From Cladosporium halotolerans (Eukaryota), in contig NW_027191454.1 in the NCBI RefSeq assembly GCF_011745625.1, positions 186,001-250,000 on the forward strand: 64,000 nucleotides of DNA, in the 5' to 3' direction. Of the stretch, positions 1-11,557 are shown piece by piece; the stretch's first letter is position 1; each line of letters opens with the position of its first letter. The position numbers were made by a program, and so were the translations under genes. The notes under the pieces are model-generated. The model saw nothing but the letters and a program-made list of their open reading frames with translations. It was not told the origin of the DNA and did no database searches.

Positions 1-251
1 GTCAACGTGCGCCAGCCGCCAGACGGCTTCTAACCTTTTCTTGTTACCTTAGCATAATGCCTCGTGTAAAGTATCGACCTTTGTGCATAGGCCCCGCTCG
101 CGTTGACCTGCCTGATACAGCCCAGCGCGAACTCACTCGTGCTACCTATCTCCAATCGGTCTCTAATGGATAGGGTAAACATATTTTCTCTAATCATGCC
201 ATCTCAACAACATCCTCCTCTCCAAATGAAGAATCAGGAAATCAGCACACA

Positions 252-1025
252 ATGTCGTCCAAACGTCCCAACCCCAACCCCTCCAACCTCACCTCAAAAC
301 TCCACACCAATCTCCTTCGCCTCACGCAAATAACCTCCACCCCAACCGGCCTCGACGCCACCCTCGCAACAATCTGCTACACTTGTCTCCTCCTGCACAC
401 CCACCTCCGCTCCAAACCCCCAGCCCTCAAAACCCTCTACACCACCTTCGAAGATCACCGCATCCTCACCCGCCTCCTCGGCCTCCTTCCGCTCTACGCC
501 AGCATCGCCGAAGCACGGCAAACCCAACATCGCGATCCGATCGTCAAAACGCTCCTGTACGCTTCGCTCGCGGCGGGGACGGCGTTCCAGGCTCTGGAGA
601 ATGTGGCGGTGCTGGTGCAGAGGGGGGTTCTGAGGGGGAGGAAGTGGAGGGAGTGGGAGGGGTGGTGCTGGGTCGTGAGTTGTCGGTTTTGGCTGGGGCA
701 GTTGGTTTTGGAGATTGGGAGGTTGGCTAGGGTGCGGCAGTTGGGGTGGAGGGAGGAGTTGGGGGCGGAGGGGTTGGAGGGCAAGGGTGAGGAGCGAGAG
801 GGGGGAGAGGTGTGGAGTGGGAGAGGGCAGGTTGAGGTGCAGAGTGCGCGGTTGGCGAGGAAGTGGTGGCGTGAGGTTTACTTGACGGCTGCGTCGGTTC
901 CATTGGCTATGCACTGGAGTTTTGAGGAGGAGCGGAGTCCGGTTAGCGAGGTGCTGTTCGCTGGTATGGGGCTGATCTCGGGGTTAATTGGATTGCAGGA
1001 CGCTTGGGACGAGGCAGCTGTGTGA
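252..1025 (+). CDS. Peroxisomal membrane protein, PEX11 family (Pex11C-like)
   Basis: Intronless 257-aa ORF with PEX11-like blocks RILTRLLGLLPLY, FQALENVAVLVQRGVL, WVVSCRFWLGQLVLEIGRL, WWREVYLTAASVPLAMHWS and a hydrophobic C-terminus. Confidence 0.72.
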   Translation: MSSKRPNPNPSNLTSKLHTNLLRLTQITSTPTGLDATLATICYTCLLLHTHLRSKPPALKTLYTTFEDHRILTRLLGLLPLYASIAEARQTQHRDPIVKTLLYASLAAGTAFQALENVAVLVQRGVLRGRKWREWEGWCWVVSCRFWLGQLVLEIGRLARVRQLGWREELGAEGLEGKGEEREGGEVWSGRGQVEVQSARLARKWWREVYLTAASVPLAMHWSFEEERSPVSEVLFAGMGLISGLIGLQDAWDEAAV

Positions 1026-1143
1026 TTATCGGCTTGTTGGTGGTACAGCTCTTCTATTTACAACCGCTGGGCTAATGCATGGGCGTCTATCGTGACTTAG
1101 ATTTATAACTTTTAAATCGATGCGCGCGTCTTCATTAGATTGA

Positions 1144-2236
1144 TCAAGCTTTCTCCGCTAGCTTGTCCGGCAGGATGCGGCCTTCGATGAGACGCATGAC
1201 TCTGTTCGTCTGTTCGGCGAGTGAAAGTGTGAGGATCTGGAGAAAGTAAGTGTTAGCTTAGCGACTCTCACGTGCTTCAAGCGTTCTCAATCACTCACGG
1301 TATGAGGCAGGATGCGGGCCAAATGCGCGAAGAAACCCTTGTACACCGCTAGAGGGCCCTCAGTCTTGACCGTCCGGATCAAGCAATCGAGGGCGCTGCC
1401 GTAGAGGTTGCCAGTCTGATTGTACATGCGACTCATGACGGTGTCAGGAGGGTGCATGACCACACACACGACGAAACCGGAGCAAGCCGAAGACATCAAA
1501 TGCAGCGCAGGACCTTCCTCCATGCCCAAGTGTCTCACGAGTCTCCTCTTCGCGAAAAAGTATGTCGGAAGCTGCACACTGGAACCAAAACCTGTCCGGA
1601 CCATCGCAGGAACAACACCACGGTAAAGACCCTTGACACCCTCCGCTTTGTAAATCTGTTTCATTCCGTCGGCAGCGTTTCGGTAGTTGTGTTGTGTCCC
1701 CACAGGAAGGAAGGGAGAGTAGGATTGGAGGCGAGTCTTGACGAGGAAGAACGGTGAACCAGCTGCTGCGCCGAGGACGCCAGACGCGGCACCGGAGAAG
1801 ATGTTGACAGGAAGTGATTGTAGGTTCTTGACGTCTGCGTCTTGGGTGTGCATAGGAGAGCGGTGGAGGACGAGAGAGTTGACGCTGAGGCGGAGGGGTT
1901 CATAAAAGCCGAGGCGGCAGCCATTGAGGGTCATTTGGTAGATATACTGTATTAGAAGTTAGCATGCCTCCTTCCAGCGACCATGTGGCCGATTTCCCTA
2001 GGCATATGTCTTACGGCGCAGCTCAACCCCCTCAAAAGACCCTTCAGGCCTTCATTCTGGAATACCACCTTCACACCATGGCCAACACCCTTGTACAACC
2101 GCGGCGAATCCTTCTTGGTCTGCAGCTCTCCTTGAAGTTGTAATCTGATCTTGATCGTCTCAAAGGAGTGTGTGACAGTGACGGCGCCGCATGCTGCTAC
2201 ACCTCCGGCAATGAAGGATCCAATGGTAGTCGACAT
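1144..2236 (-). CDS. OAC1: Mitochondrial oxaloacetate/sulfate carrier
   Basis: Three carrier repeats (HSFETIKIRLQ, SPFFLVKTRLQ, HPPDTVMSRMY). Exons 2236-2015, 1946-1299, 1236-1144. Introns 1947-2014 (GTAAGA..CTAAC..CAG) and 1237-1298 (GTGAGT..CTAAC..CAG) restore the frame; ends ...PDKLAEKA*. Confidence 0.92.
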
Positions 2237-2640
2237 AATTCCCGTTCAGCCGTCCAATCGCGGGTTGTGTGTAACCTTTTGAGAGCGCAAAGGCGCGCGC
2301 ACGAATGCGGAAATCAATGAGAGGAGAGGAGAGAAAAAGACTGATGCTAGATATGCCGCGGTAGAGAGGAGAGTCGCGGTGCTGAGTCGCATTAACTATT
2401 TTCGCTTAGAGATGGCTGATGTGACGTGAGCGCGGACTAAGCCCTTCCGACCTCGGAAGCTCGAAGCTTGAGGGCCCGGGGCGCTGGTCGATCAGCCACC
2501 AGGCACTCCAGACTTGCGGGAGCGCGCCGCCGCCTCCAGCCGCACTGCGGTCTGCGGCTTAACCATCTTTCACATGCCAGTCGGGACAAACGTCTCCACC
2601 ACGCAGCAAACACCGACACTACACACATGCGTCGGTGAAC

Positions 2641-3705
2641 ATGGACTCCCTCCCATCCCAGCGCGCGCCCTTGACCAAGGTCCAGGATATCATCCAGACC
2701 TTCCGTCCCTCCAAGCAATTCAAATCGCCCGCCTCGTACACCTCCATCGACTTTGACGACAGCGGCGAGTTTGCCCTCCTCGCCCGCACCGACGATACTA
2801 TCCAACTGTACAACACGAAAGCAGGCGCGCATGCAAAAGAGCTGAAGTCACAAAAATACGGCAATGCCCTTGCGCGCTTCACCCACAACTCGTCCAACAT
2901 CATCTACGCCTCGACGAAGGTAGACCATGGCATCCGATACCTGTGCATGCACGACAACAGCTTCATCCGATACTTCAAGGGCCACGAGGATCGCGTGACC
3001 TCGCTCTCGCTATCTCCTGGTTCCGACCACTTCCTCTCCGCCAGCTTGGACAATACCGTCCGATTATGGGACTGCCGAAGCCCAAACCCGCAAGGCCAGC
3101 TGAATTTCACCTCAGCGTACCTGACCGCGTACGATCCTAGTGCGACCGTCATCGCGATCGCGTCCCCGCCTGCGCAGACAGTCTTCCTCTACGACCTCAA
3201 GAACTACGATAAGGCGCCCTTCGCGTCCTTCGACCTGCAAGATACAGAGCAAAGATTCAGCAACAGCCACGGCATGAAAGTAGCGGAGGGCTGGTCGGGG
3301 CTTGAGTTTAGTAACAACGGCAAATATCTCTTGATCGCAACCAGTGGCCCTGGCCACTATGTCCTCGACGCCTTCAACGGTAAAATGGTACACTACCTTC
3401 GCCGCCCGTCAGGCTCAACCGCGCACTTGGCGCCTGGAGACACACTACCTAGCTCTGGAACAACCACATACACGCAGGCCGATGCCGCTTTCAGTCCAGA
3501 CGGTAGATACGTGATCAGCGGCAACGGAGGTCAGAACGGTCTTCTAGTGTGGGACGTGCAGGATAAGGAAGGACAGGCTGTGTTGGACCCGATGGCGGAA
3601 TTGCCCTCTCAGCGGCCTGCAAGTGTGGTCGCGTACAATCCTCGTCACAACTTGATTGCAAGTGCGGAGCGCGAGGTCTTGCTTTGGTTGCCCGATCCTG
3701 ATTAG
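2641..3705 (+). CDS. SWD2: WD40 protein Swd2/WDR82 (COMPASS and CPF subunit)
   Basis: Motifs SIDFDDSGE, LKSQKYG, IRYLCMHDNSFIRYFKGH, SASLDNTVRLWD, LEFSNNGKYLL. First ATG at 2641. Divergent from OAC1. Confidence 0.92.
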   Translation: MDSLPSQRAPLTKVQDIIQTFRPSKQFKSPASYTSIDFDDSGEFALLARTDDTIQLYNTKAGAHAKELKSQKYGNALARFTHNSSNIIYASTKVDHGIRYLCMHDNSFIRYFKGHEDRVTSLSLSPGSDHFLSASLDNTVRLWDCRSPNPQGQLNFTSAYLTAYDPSATVIAIASPPAQTVFLYDLKNYDKAPFASFDLQDTEQRFSNSHGMKVAEGWSGLEFSNNGKYLLIATSGPGHYVLDAFNGKMVHYLRRPSGSTAHLAPGDTLPSSGTTTYTQADAAFSPDGRYVISGNGGQNGLLVWDVQDKEGQAVLDPMAELPSQRPASVVAYNPRHNLIASAEREVLLWLPDPD

Positions 3706-4773
3706 GTGGATGCGGTCTTACGATTCTTCATGGGCATTGCATTGAAAATTGTTTCCCGTTGGTTTAGCGAGGCGTCTGGCGCATGGAGGGAGGCTTGTGG
3801 ATTGCTGGAAGCCGGCACCTGAAAACGGTATGGATACCTCTAGGAGTAGCTCCTTGTCTGAGTAGGCGGTATAACAAATCTATTTGAAGATGCAAACGAA
3901 GCCTGGACATCGCCACGCCTGTGTATTAGCCTTGGCTCGCATGTTTGGCTTGTTGTCCAACTGCCCAAACCCGAACTAAACCCATAGTTTGCGATTCGCC
4001 TTCGGACTCTGCAGCATCGGAGAATGTTGGAGCCGTAGCACGGACTTTGAGCATGGACGATGTTAAAGAACAGCTGCGAAGAGACCCACCCCGCAGCTGC
4101 TGCTGAGACGTGAGGGGCTTCTGCCCTCTTACCACAACATCTTGACCAACGTATCGGGCGCTCGGAATCCTTGCCGTACGACTCGTGATGTGCCAACGTT
4201 GGCACTTGTCCGATGATTGCCCTCTGGCCCTAGAGTTAACTCGTCCTGCAACTCCTGGAGCTCATTCCTCAATCGAAGGTTCGTTGGATAGAGGCTGCAT
4301 TAACTTCTCCCAAGCTTGTGAGACATACATACACAAAAGCAGACAGCGATAATGCACGATGCCAGTCCTGGTCCATCTCACTGGGTTCTTGTCCTGCTGC
4401 GGAATCCTCCGAGGCGTTAGTGCTGACAATATGCCTCTCAAGCCACACGAAGAAGCCGCCACCGCCTCAGAACCAAAGTCTGACTTCAGCTGATGAGTTC
4501 TGCTTTCAAAAATAGCTTCCACTGCGGTCGGAGACCTACTGGAAGAGAACAGCCCTGGAGGTGAGAGTTCTTTGATGATAAGCTGAGACGTTGATCGTCC
4601 CTCTCCATACATAGTCGACGCATCACAGCCGCAATGGTGAAACGGCTAGCAGGTACAGACTTGCTGCTTGTACTCCACCAACGCATATATTGATCCGGCG
4701 CCCACCACGCTGCATTGTTTCCTTTCTGCATTGCCGTTGATCTCACACGACTAAAGTCTCTATCTCGACAACA

Positions 4774-5238
4774 ATGATTTCCTTCCTGTTTCCCGAAGAC
4801 CTCAGGGTCGCTTCAGCCCCGCCATCACAACAATCGCCGCAGAAACCAGAAACACATGGAACATCACCAGCCATACCCTCAGGATTACCACCTCGCGTCC
4901 CCAATCGGACCCCTCCACCACCACCGCCAATCTACACCACACCACCCGTCCCTGCCCAAAAGAATCAACCCGCCATCTCAATCACAGAGCTCAACACCAA
5001 CAACCCGAGCCTCGACATCAAACGAATGAAAAGCAAACGCTCCCTCCGCGCAATAGCGAGCTTATCCCACCTGCGAGGTGTGAGAGAGGCGAGAGCCGTC
5101 GCCGAGAGGGAGAACGTTCCGCCGAAAGTGGATATCGTTCTCCCGCCGCTGTCGCCGGTCGTGGACGATGAGTTCTGGCGCACGGGGAGGTATCCGACTT
5201 CGCCAGGGGGTGGTGGGATGGCGTTTGTTGCATTTTGA
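4774..5238 (+). CDS. Hypothetical Pro-rich protein (154 aa)
   Basis: ATG in good context (acaATG) and an uninterrupted ORF; no recognisable domain. Confidence 0.5.
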   Translation: MISFLFPEDLRVASAPPSQQSPQKPETHGTSPAIPSGLPPRVPNRTPPPPPPIYTTPPVPAQKNQPAISITELNTNNPSLDIKRMKSKRSLRAIASLSHLRGVREARAVAERENVPPKVDIVLPPLSPVVDDEFWRTGRYPTSPGGGGMAFVAF

Positions 5239-5416
5239 GTGAAGAATTGACTGGTTAGCTAGTGAGGTTTTGGCACGTGAAGCTCGAATGCGCAGACCGG
5301 AGCGCACGTGGGCTATTATTGAAAGGCTGATTGTCCTTCAACTTCTTTCTTCCTCATACACCCAAGCACGCAAACACCTGTTTTCTGTACGAACACAAGG
5401 GCATGGAACAGCAATC

Positions 5417-6101
5417 ATGCCATTTGATTACGATCACATCAAGATGTACGCGGAGTGAGTACACCCACGCAATGCATCGAAATACGTACGCTTACATGAC
5501 ATCTAGGCTCTCCGACGTCCATGTCAAAGTTGGTTTCGATAGCGACTTTCGATCTCGTGTCATTGTTGAGGCACTCCTCTTGGCTAGCGAATCCTCCGAG
5601 CTCGAAAGCCACTGCCGGGAAGCCATCGAGAACGGAACTTATCAATTTATCCTGCCTGATACTGATGCGGGAACATTTCTGGTTCTCACGCAATGGCTCA
5701 CTGCGCGGAAGGTCGAAACTGAAGATCAGGAGCTACTCTCTTCTGCCTGGAAACTCGGCGGCGACTTGCAAGTCCAAGAATTTCAGAACGACGTGATGCG
5801 ACAGCTGTTCAATCGCTTTGAACTCTTCTCTGATGGCCTGAGCATCGATGCAGTGAATGCGGCATACGAAGTGGGGTCTGAAGGCAGCCTCTTCCGGAAA
5901 GCTTTAGTGCAACGGCTTGCACACGAGTTCACCAATCAGTATCATGAGCGTTGGCGGCAAGAGGACTTCAAATTTCATGGACTGCATGAGAATACACAAC
6001 TCTTGTTAGACATTGTGGTCGCCTTATGTGATCATCGCATGGATAAGTCGGTTGAGGTGCCTGCTCCGGAGATAGATGGTTTTCTGGTATCTTATGATTG
6101 A
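5417..6101 (+). CDS. BTB/POZ-domain protein
   Basis: Exon 1 5417-5454 (MPFDYDHIKMYA), intron 5455-5506 (GTGAGT..TAG), exon 2 to 6101. Fungal BTB pattern VHVKVG..LLLASES..FILPDTDAGTFLVLTQWL..AWKLGGDLQVQEFQNDVMRQL. Confidence 0.75.
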
Positions 6102-6317
6102 GGCAAACGCCTTTCTACAATGGCAAAGCGACGATCAGCCATTACGGCTCGCGCACATAGAGCTCATGTCATTCTCAGTGCATCAATCAAGGCTGGACGC
6201 GAAAAGACGGCTATTGAGTCCTACAAGTCTACAAAAGGTTTGGTCAAGCACATCTCAATGAATACGATCATATATGATAGAGTCTGAATAGGATCCATCA
6301 ATTGTCTCCTTTGTTTT

Positions 6318-9083
6318 CTATAGCGACTCAGGCAGTGCCTCCGGAATATATGCGAGATTCACAATCGCAGCCAAGCCATAGTTCGCGGCCTCATTCGTCG
6401 AGATCCAAGTAGCCTCATCCACAGGCGCCAAAACCTCGCTTCCGTTCAGACGCTCCACCTCCCACGTGCCCGTAGTGTTCAGCCCATCGGCCTCAAACTC
6501 GCTCCAGGCGCGGTCAGCGTACGTCTGGTTCTGCGTCAGGTAGTACCCGTGAGCCAGCAGGCGCGAGTGGTCTTGCCGCAGAGTGGCAGTGCGGGTCCAG
6601 TTCGTGCCGTAGCGCGCTGTCTGCTCGGCGGCCGGGGCGCGGTAGTAGTAGCAGTAGTCGAGCCAGGCTTGCTGGAAGCCTTCGGGCAGGTCGTCGTCGA
6701 ACTGCTCGATGATCTCCGCGATGACCTCCATGAGGCCGAAAGCGCCTGCGAGGTGTGAGACAGCGACGACGCCCTCGTTGTCCGGGTCTGTGGGCGGTGG
6801 CGAAAGCGTGCCGTCTTCACTGTTGAAGAGGGCGGAGCCGGTGACGAAGCCGTTCTTCAGGTTGACGACGCCGATCATGGTGTTGGTGAGTTTCGTCTTT
6901 GCTTCTTGCCAGCGAGAGCCCCGGCGCTCCCATTCCAGGAGCCAAGAGGCGGCGAGGGCGGACCAGTCGGTACCTAGGCCGATGGTGGCAGGCTGACCGG
7001 GTGCAGGCTCCCAGCCGTCGGTGCGGACCTTTCTGTTGGGGTCGAGGCGCTCGTATGTTTTGTCCGTGTCGAGAGTCTCGTCAACGAGCTCGCCGACACG
7101 CTCGTCGCCGCCTGAAACAAAGTAGAAGATCTTGCGATACTGCGCGGTGGATATACGCGCCTGCTTCGCACTATCGCCCCAGTGCTGAACGCCGTGTCTG
7201 GTTCCAAGACCCTTCCATTGACCAATGTGATACACATCCACCTCACCTGTGTGCCTAGTCAAGGCTTCAGAGAAACGGTAGACGTCCTTGTTGCCGGTGC
7301 GCAGGAACTGCGGCCAGAAGAACAAGTCGGGCGACAGTTCGGAGTTGTCCCACGCGTAGCCACCAATGTCGTAACGCCACTGGTGCCTGTCGACGTCGTA
7401 GGTGTGCATAATGTCGCCGCTATCGAAGAACCCGTACCATCTGCGCTGCTCCACTTGATCTTGGTAGAATTTGGCGAGAAATTCGAGGTTGCTCTCAATC
7501 TTTGCGGCAACATCGCTGGAGGTGTTGGAAGATGGCGGAGCCCACCAGTTGCCCGCTGCTTTGGTCTCATGGACATATTCAGGCTCGGCGTAGAGGACAG
7601 GTGGGGTGTTGGTGTGCTCAATAAGAGTCGAGAGGTGGTCTTGGGGCGGGGTTTGGTCAAAAGCGTAGATGTAGAGCTCGTTTGTACGAGCGACGCCGTA
7701 AGGCGTGTCAAAGCCTTCCTCCCAGTCTTCGTATGTGATCTCAAGAGCATCAAGCTGTTCCTCGTAAGTCTCTAGGCCCAAGCCATCGTGGTATGGACGA
7801 AGATCAAGCGGTGGGGCTTCGGGGCTGTAGAGCCAGGCAGTGATCTGACCAACATCGGTGGCTGCATCTCTGATGTCCAGCCCTACGGGATAATGCTTCC
7901 AGAAGTTGCGCAAGCCCACAGCCAGACCTCCTTGGGTTGCTCCGCCCAGGTAAGCCAGGCCTCCAGACCTGGTAGATCCAGGAATGTTGACCCAGCTTTG
8001 TCCGGGCTTAGTGCGCTTCTTCAAAGTGAAGCCGTCGGGAGACAGCTGGGACAGAGTATAGTCGTTCCAATCCGGGATCCATTGAAGTCTGCTCGAAACG
8101 CGCGTGTCCCAGGTATCGATGCTTGGAGTAGCCTCTCCGTTGAACTGAGCGGACCGGACCTCCTCGCCTGGATCTCTGCGAAGTCCAGTGATACCCTTCA
8201 CGGCTTCACTTAGCATACCTCCGTCGACACCTGCAATTCTCACATGACGGTTGTACAACTCCTCGTCAGTCAGAGGAACTTCAAAACGGACACCGACGCC
8301 AGTGATGAAGTCTCCAGTAGAATTCCCGTCGAACACGACGCTATGAACAAGGCGGATTGCGTCTGAGTTTGCGTAGAGGTAAAAACGCAAGACGAACTGG
8401 AGCCAGTCATCGTGGTCTTCTCCATTGGCAACCTGGTGTTTGCCACGGACAGTCACCAGCGTGCGGACTGGGCTGTTCTCAGAGACCGTGACGTTGTCAA
8501 TCGCGCTCTCGAAACCAAAGTATCCAATCGAAGAATTTCCCCTGTCTTGAATGTCCTCGCTGACGCCAGACTGTGAATGTAATACAAGTTTGCCGTTTTG
8601 ACCAACAACTTTTCCGCCGGCAGTTGTAATCTGATCGATGACATTGTTGCCAGTCCGAGGGAATGAGACTGATATCTTGCCAGTATCAACAGTAATGCCG
8701 TCATCGGAGGACAAAGTAGTGACGCCAGCAGGCTGAGAGGCATTGCCAGCGCCAGAGGAAGCAGTGATCACGTAGCTTTCCTGACTAGCCTCTGAGGCTG
8801 GAATCGCATGTCCAGTCCATTTGATCGAGCCATCGTTCCAGTACGCCGTAACCCAAGACTGCAGAGCACCATCACCAGAAATGGCGAAATTGGTGCCGTT
8901 GGGAAAGAACTTGCCGCGTGCCCATGGTAGGCCAAATGTCGTTCCCGAATTGTAGGCCGGTGCTGAGCCGTCGATCCAGCGTACATTGACGCTTTCGTCA
9001 GTGTTGTTCTGGTATTGCTGCCCACTGCTACGCTGTACAAGCGCAGCCGTGGCAGTCAGTGCCGCGAAGAATGAATGCAACAT
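6318..9083 (-). CDS. Secreted rhamnogalacturonan exo-lyase, polysaccharide lyase family 26 (PcRGLX/YetA-like)
   Basis: Intronless 921 aa from ATG 9083 with a signal peptide (MLHSFFAALTATAALVQRSSG). Motifs TTFGLPWARG, YWNDGSIKWTGHA, RWYGFFDSGDIMHTYD..WRYDIGGYAWDNSELSPD and GLGTRHGVQHWGDSAKQARIS. Confidence 0.85.
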   Translation of the reverse strand: MLHSFFAALTATAALVQRSSGQQYQNNTDESVNVRWIDGSAPAYNSGTTFGLPWARGKFFPNGTNFAISGDGALQSWVTAYWNDGSIKWTGHAIPASEASQESYVITASSGAGNASQPAGVTTLSSDDGITVDTGKISVSFPRTGNNVIDQITTAGGKVVGQNGKLVLHSQSGVSEDIQDRGNSSIGYFGFESAIDNVTVSENSPVRTLVTVRGKHQVANGEDHDDWLQFVLRFYLYANSDAIRLVHSVVFDGNSTGDFITGVGVRFEVPLTDEELYNRHVRIAGVDGGMLSEAVKGITGLRRDPGEEVRSAQFNGEATPSIDTWDTRVSSRLQWIPDWNDYTLSQLSPDGFTLKKRTKPGQSWVNIPGSTRSGGLAYLGGATQGGLAVGLRNFWKHYPVGLDIRDAATDVGQITAWLYSPEAPPLDLRPYHDGLGLETYEEQLDALEITYEDWEEGFDTPYGVARTNELYIYAFDQTPPQDHLSTLIEHTNTPPVLYAEPEYVHETKAAGNWWAPPSSNTSSDVAAKIESNLEFLAKFYQDQVEQRRWYGFFDSGDIMHTYDVDRHQWRYDIGGYAWDNSELSPDLFFWPQFLRTGNKDVYRFSEALTRHTGEVDVYHIGQWKGLGTRHGVQHWGDSAKQARISTAQYRKIFYFVSGGDERVGELVDETLDTDKTYERLDPNRKVRTDGWEPAPGQPATIGLGTDWSALAASWLLEWERRGSRWQEAKTKLTNTMIGVVNLKNGFVTGSALFNSEDGTLSPPPTDPDNEGVVAVSHLAGAFGLMEVIAEIIEQFDDDLPEGFQQAWLDYCYYYRAPAAEQTARYGTNWTRTATLRQDHSRLLAHGYYLTQNQTYADRAWSEFEADGLNTTGTWEVERLNGSEVLAPVDEATWISTNEAANYGLAAIVNLAYIPEALPESL

Positions 9084-11383
9084 GGCTGCACCGCAAGGAC
9101 GAGCCAATGCTCTACAACGAAACGGAGGCGAAACATGTAGACTTATTATACCGCGGTGCCATCCATACATTCAAGGCTCACTTGGGTGAGCATTCATCTA
9201 TTTTGCCGTACCCAAGATGCTACCCCTCTCGCGTGACAAGACGCAATGGCGCTATGCCACGGTAGCGTTGTTCCTGCATTGTTGCGTCTGCACGAATTGA
9301 GGAGAAATACTGTCAACACCTAAGAGGCTCTGATCAAGCTCTCAAGGCCAAGAATACGCGAGGAGGCTGGGTTCCTGTACAGGTAAGGATGCGCTGTCGT
9401 CGGTGGAAGATATAGCGAAAATGCGGCAGGCCCTCGGCACAACGGAAGCGAATAACTTCCTCTATAAAGGACTATAGTTTAAGGGGGAGTGTTAGATCGA
9501 AGCGAAGGTAGTCAGTTTTCGCGCCAATGAGTGTCCTCTTCTCACAACCTTGAAATCTGAAAACGCAGGAGGGTTGCCTCTTGTTTTGAGGGAGAAGCTC
9601 ATGTGGAGCCGAGGTGTTGTGATCGGGGTCATGACCTCCATTGAGATTAGTGCGGCGGGCAGTCCCGGTGTTGGTGCCACACCTTAAGTGGATCTCAGCT
9701 CAATCCAATCACATACACCTTCTCGCAGCCGCGATGTACGGGGAACACAAGTGGCTGTGCATCCGTGGTCTCCACGGCTCTGATAATCGGTGAACGGCAA
9801 CATGTACAATCCAATTTCTGGCCGAATGCCCGTCTCGCCCGTCTCGCTCACCCAGTAACTGGACGAGCCACGCTCGTTCGACTGTAACGGACAATACTCT
9901 TCGGTCAATCGGATTTCTTACTCAACGTCCACTTAGCCAGGCACCAACCATTGCACGCGGATCATATATGTCTCCCAACGAGCAATTTGGCCAACAGCCC
10001 ACGCTAGGAGGCATGGGCTCGAAGTTGGTTCCAATCCAGAGCAAAAAAATGCGAAAAAGATGTGGCTCTGCCGTGAATCGAACACGGGTCTGCGCGGATG
10101 CTGAATGCTCGCTGAAGACGAGGGACCACAACACGCTGTACTATCCACTATACTACAGAACCCTGATTGATGGAGATGGAGGCCATTTCTGGGAATATAT
10201 TCGCTGTTTGTGACCCAGATTCGACGCTCGGCGATCCTTGGGGATTGTCTCACGCATTCTTGACGACTGGGAGAAGTTGCAAAGGCCACAAGACATCCAA
10301 ATGCATGACCAGTCTCATAGTTTCCCCATATGCGCCCCCGACGCCACCTCAGACTTCCGTAGACTGGCAGACCTTGGAGCTACCAGATCCGGCTTTCCCT
10401 ACCATTTGCGATCATGGCCGCATGCTTGGTGGTCTTGGTGGTGACCTACGACCGCATATGACAGTCTCGGGAAAAGGGATGGCCTTCATGGGGGTTGGCG
10501 CAGACCTCGACGCACGTGTTGACACATGCGACGGGAGATTGCAGCTTGGAGGGGATCGCTGTCCAGGAACTGATGAAGAAGTCGTCCAAGGTCCACGACT
10601 GCCTGCGAGGAAGGTCTCTTAGGAGACATCTATATGTATCTGGTCATACGGCGCGCTATCCCTGGGCTTGCAGAGCCATAGCGAGCCTACCAGCTTCCCT
10701 TCATCATCTCTCACACGTGGAATACTTATAATCAGAACAGACACAGATGTTCCTCTCACTGATGAGCTCAGACTCTCGCAGAGTCCCAGTTGTCGCCTCA
10801 CTTCTTGGAACCCAGTAGGAAGGAGAAACCAGAGTGCTGAATATATTCTTAAACTTAGCTGGAATATCGACAGGGTTTCTGACATATGCAAGTCGCATTT
10901 AAGGTCATCTCACTCGTTGGACATGAGGCAGGCTTACCCCAACCCTAACCCTCGCAACCATACGGGACTCCTTGGGGTAGCTTTGGAATTTCGCAGTCCT
11001 TTACGTGGCACAAATTCGAGCATGAAGACAAGACCTCGGCTTGAGGGCTCGCACGCAGCCCTAGTCATACCAGTGTTTGACAAGATGTGTCCTAGACTTT
11101 ACGTGTCGCTCGGGTCTGCGCTGGAGGTCGCATCTACTCACTCGAAGCCATCATCTACTGCAGCCTGAGGCGACAACACCGATAAGATAAGAGCATTCAC
11201 TTTTACTCTCCACCCATTCATGCTACCACGCCTCTACGCCGACCTCGAAGGATCAGCGAATGAGAAGCTCGCAAGCCGATGTCTCCGCAGTTGCTTCCCC
11301 ATGGAAGACGATCAACCTCGTAACTCTGCTCCCTTGAATCCTGCAGCACCGAAGTTTCCGGCAAAATGAATGCGAAGGCCGGT

Positions 11384-11402
11384 TCGGTGCCCAATTACCC
11401 GA
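11384..11402. promoter_or_regulatory. TCGG-N11-CCGA palindrome (Zn2Cys6 site, RhaR/PDR-1 or Gal4-type spacing) upstream of GH35
   Basis: TCGG tgcccaattac CCGA, ending 155 nt before ATG 11558. Confidence 0.6.
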
Positions 11403-11557
11403 GCTCTAAGATGTAAAGTGACGGATAAGTACGAACACTGGAAGACGACGATTACTGCAACTCGCGCCGGCCTCTGTCTACTCAGTCTTTCATCCATGAT
11501 CAAACATTACTACAGCCTACTCTCTACAGCCTACAACTCCTTCCAGATCAATTTAAA

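Noticed and set aside
294..914. 206-aa Pro/Leu-rich antisense ORF, and similar ones at 13923-14858, 21703-22311, 40321-41670 and 51761-52540
   Set aside because: Shadow ORFs opposite recognised genes, explained by high GC and skew; no domain features.
3720..4760. Short ORFs between SWD2 and the Pro-rich gene
   Set aside because: Mostly non-ATG starts, no recognisable domain and no consistent splice model.
9424..9437. CGG-N8-CGG (AmyR-type spacing) upstream of PL26
   Set aside because: Only six fixed bases, single copy, and no functional fit.
10937..10952. Telomere-like CCCCAACCCTAACCCT
   Set aside because: Fewer than three units and only one perfect CCCTAA; compatible with chance.
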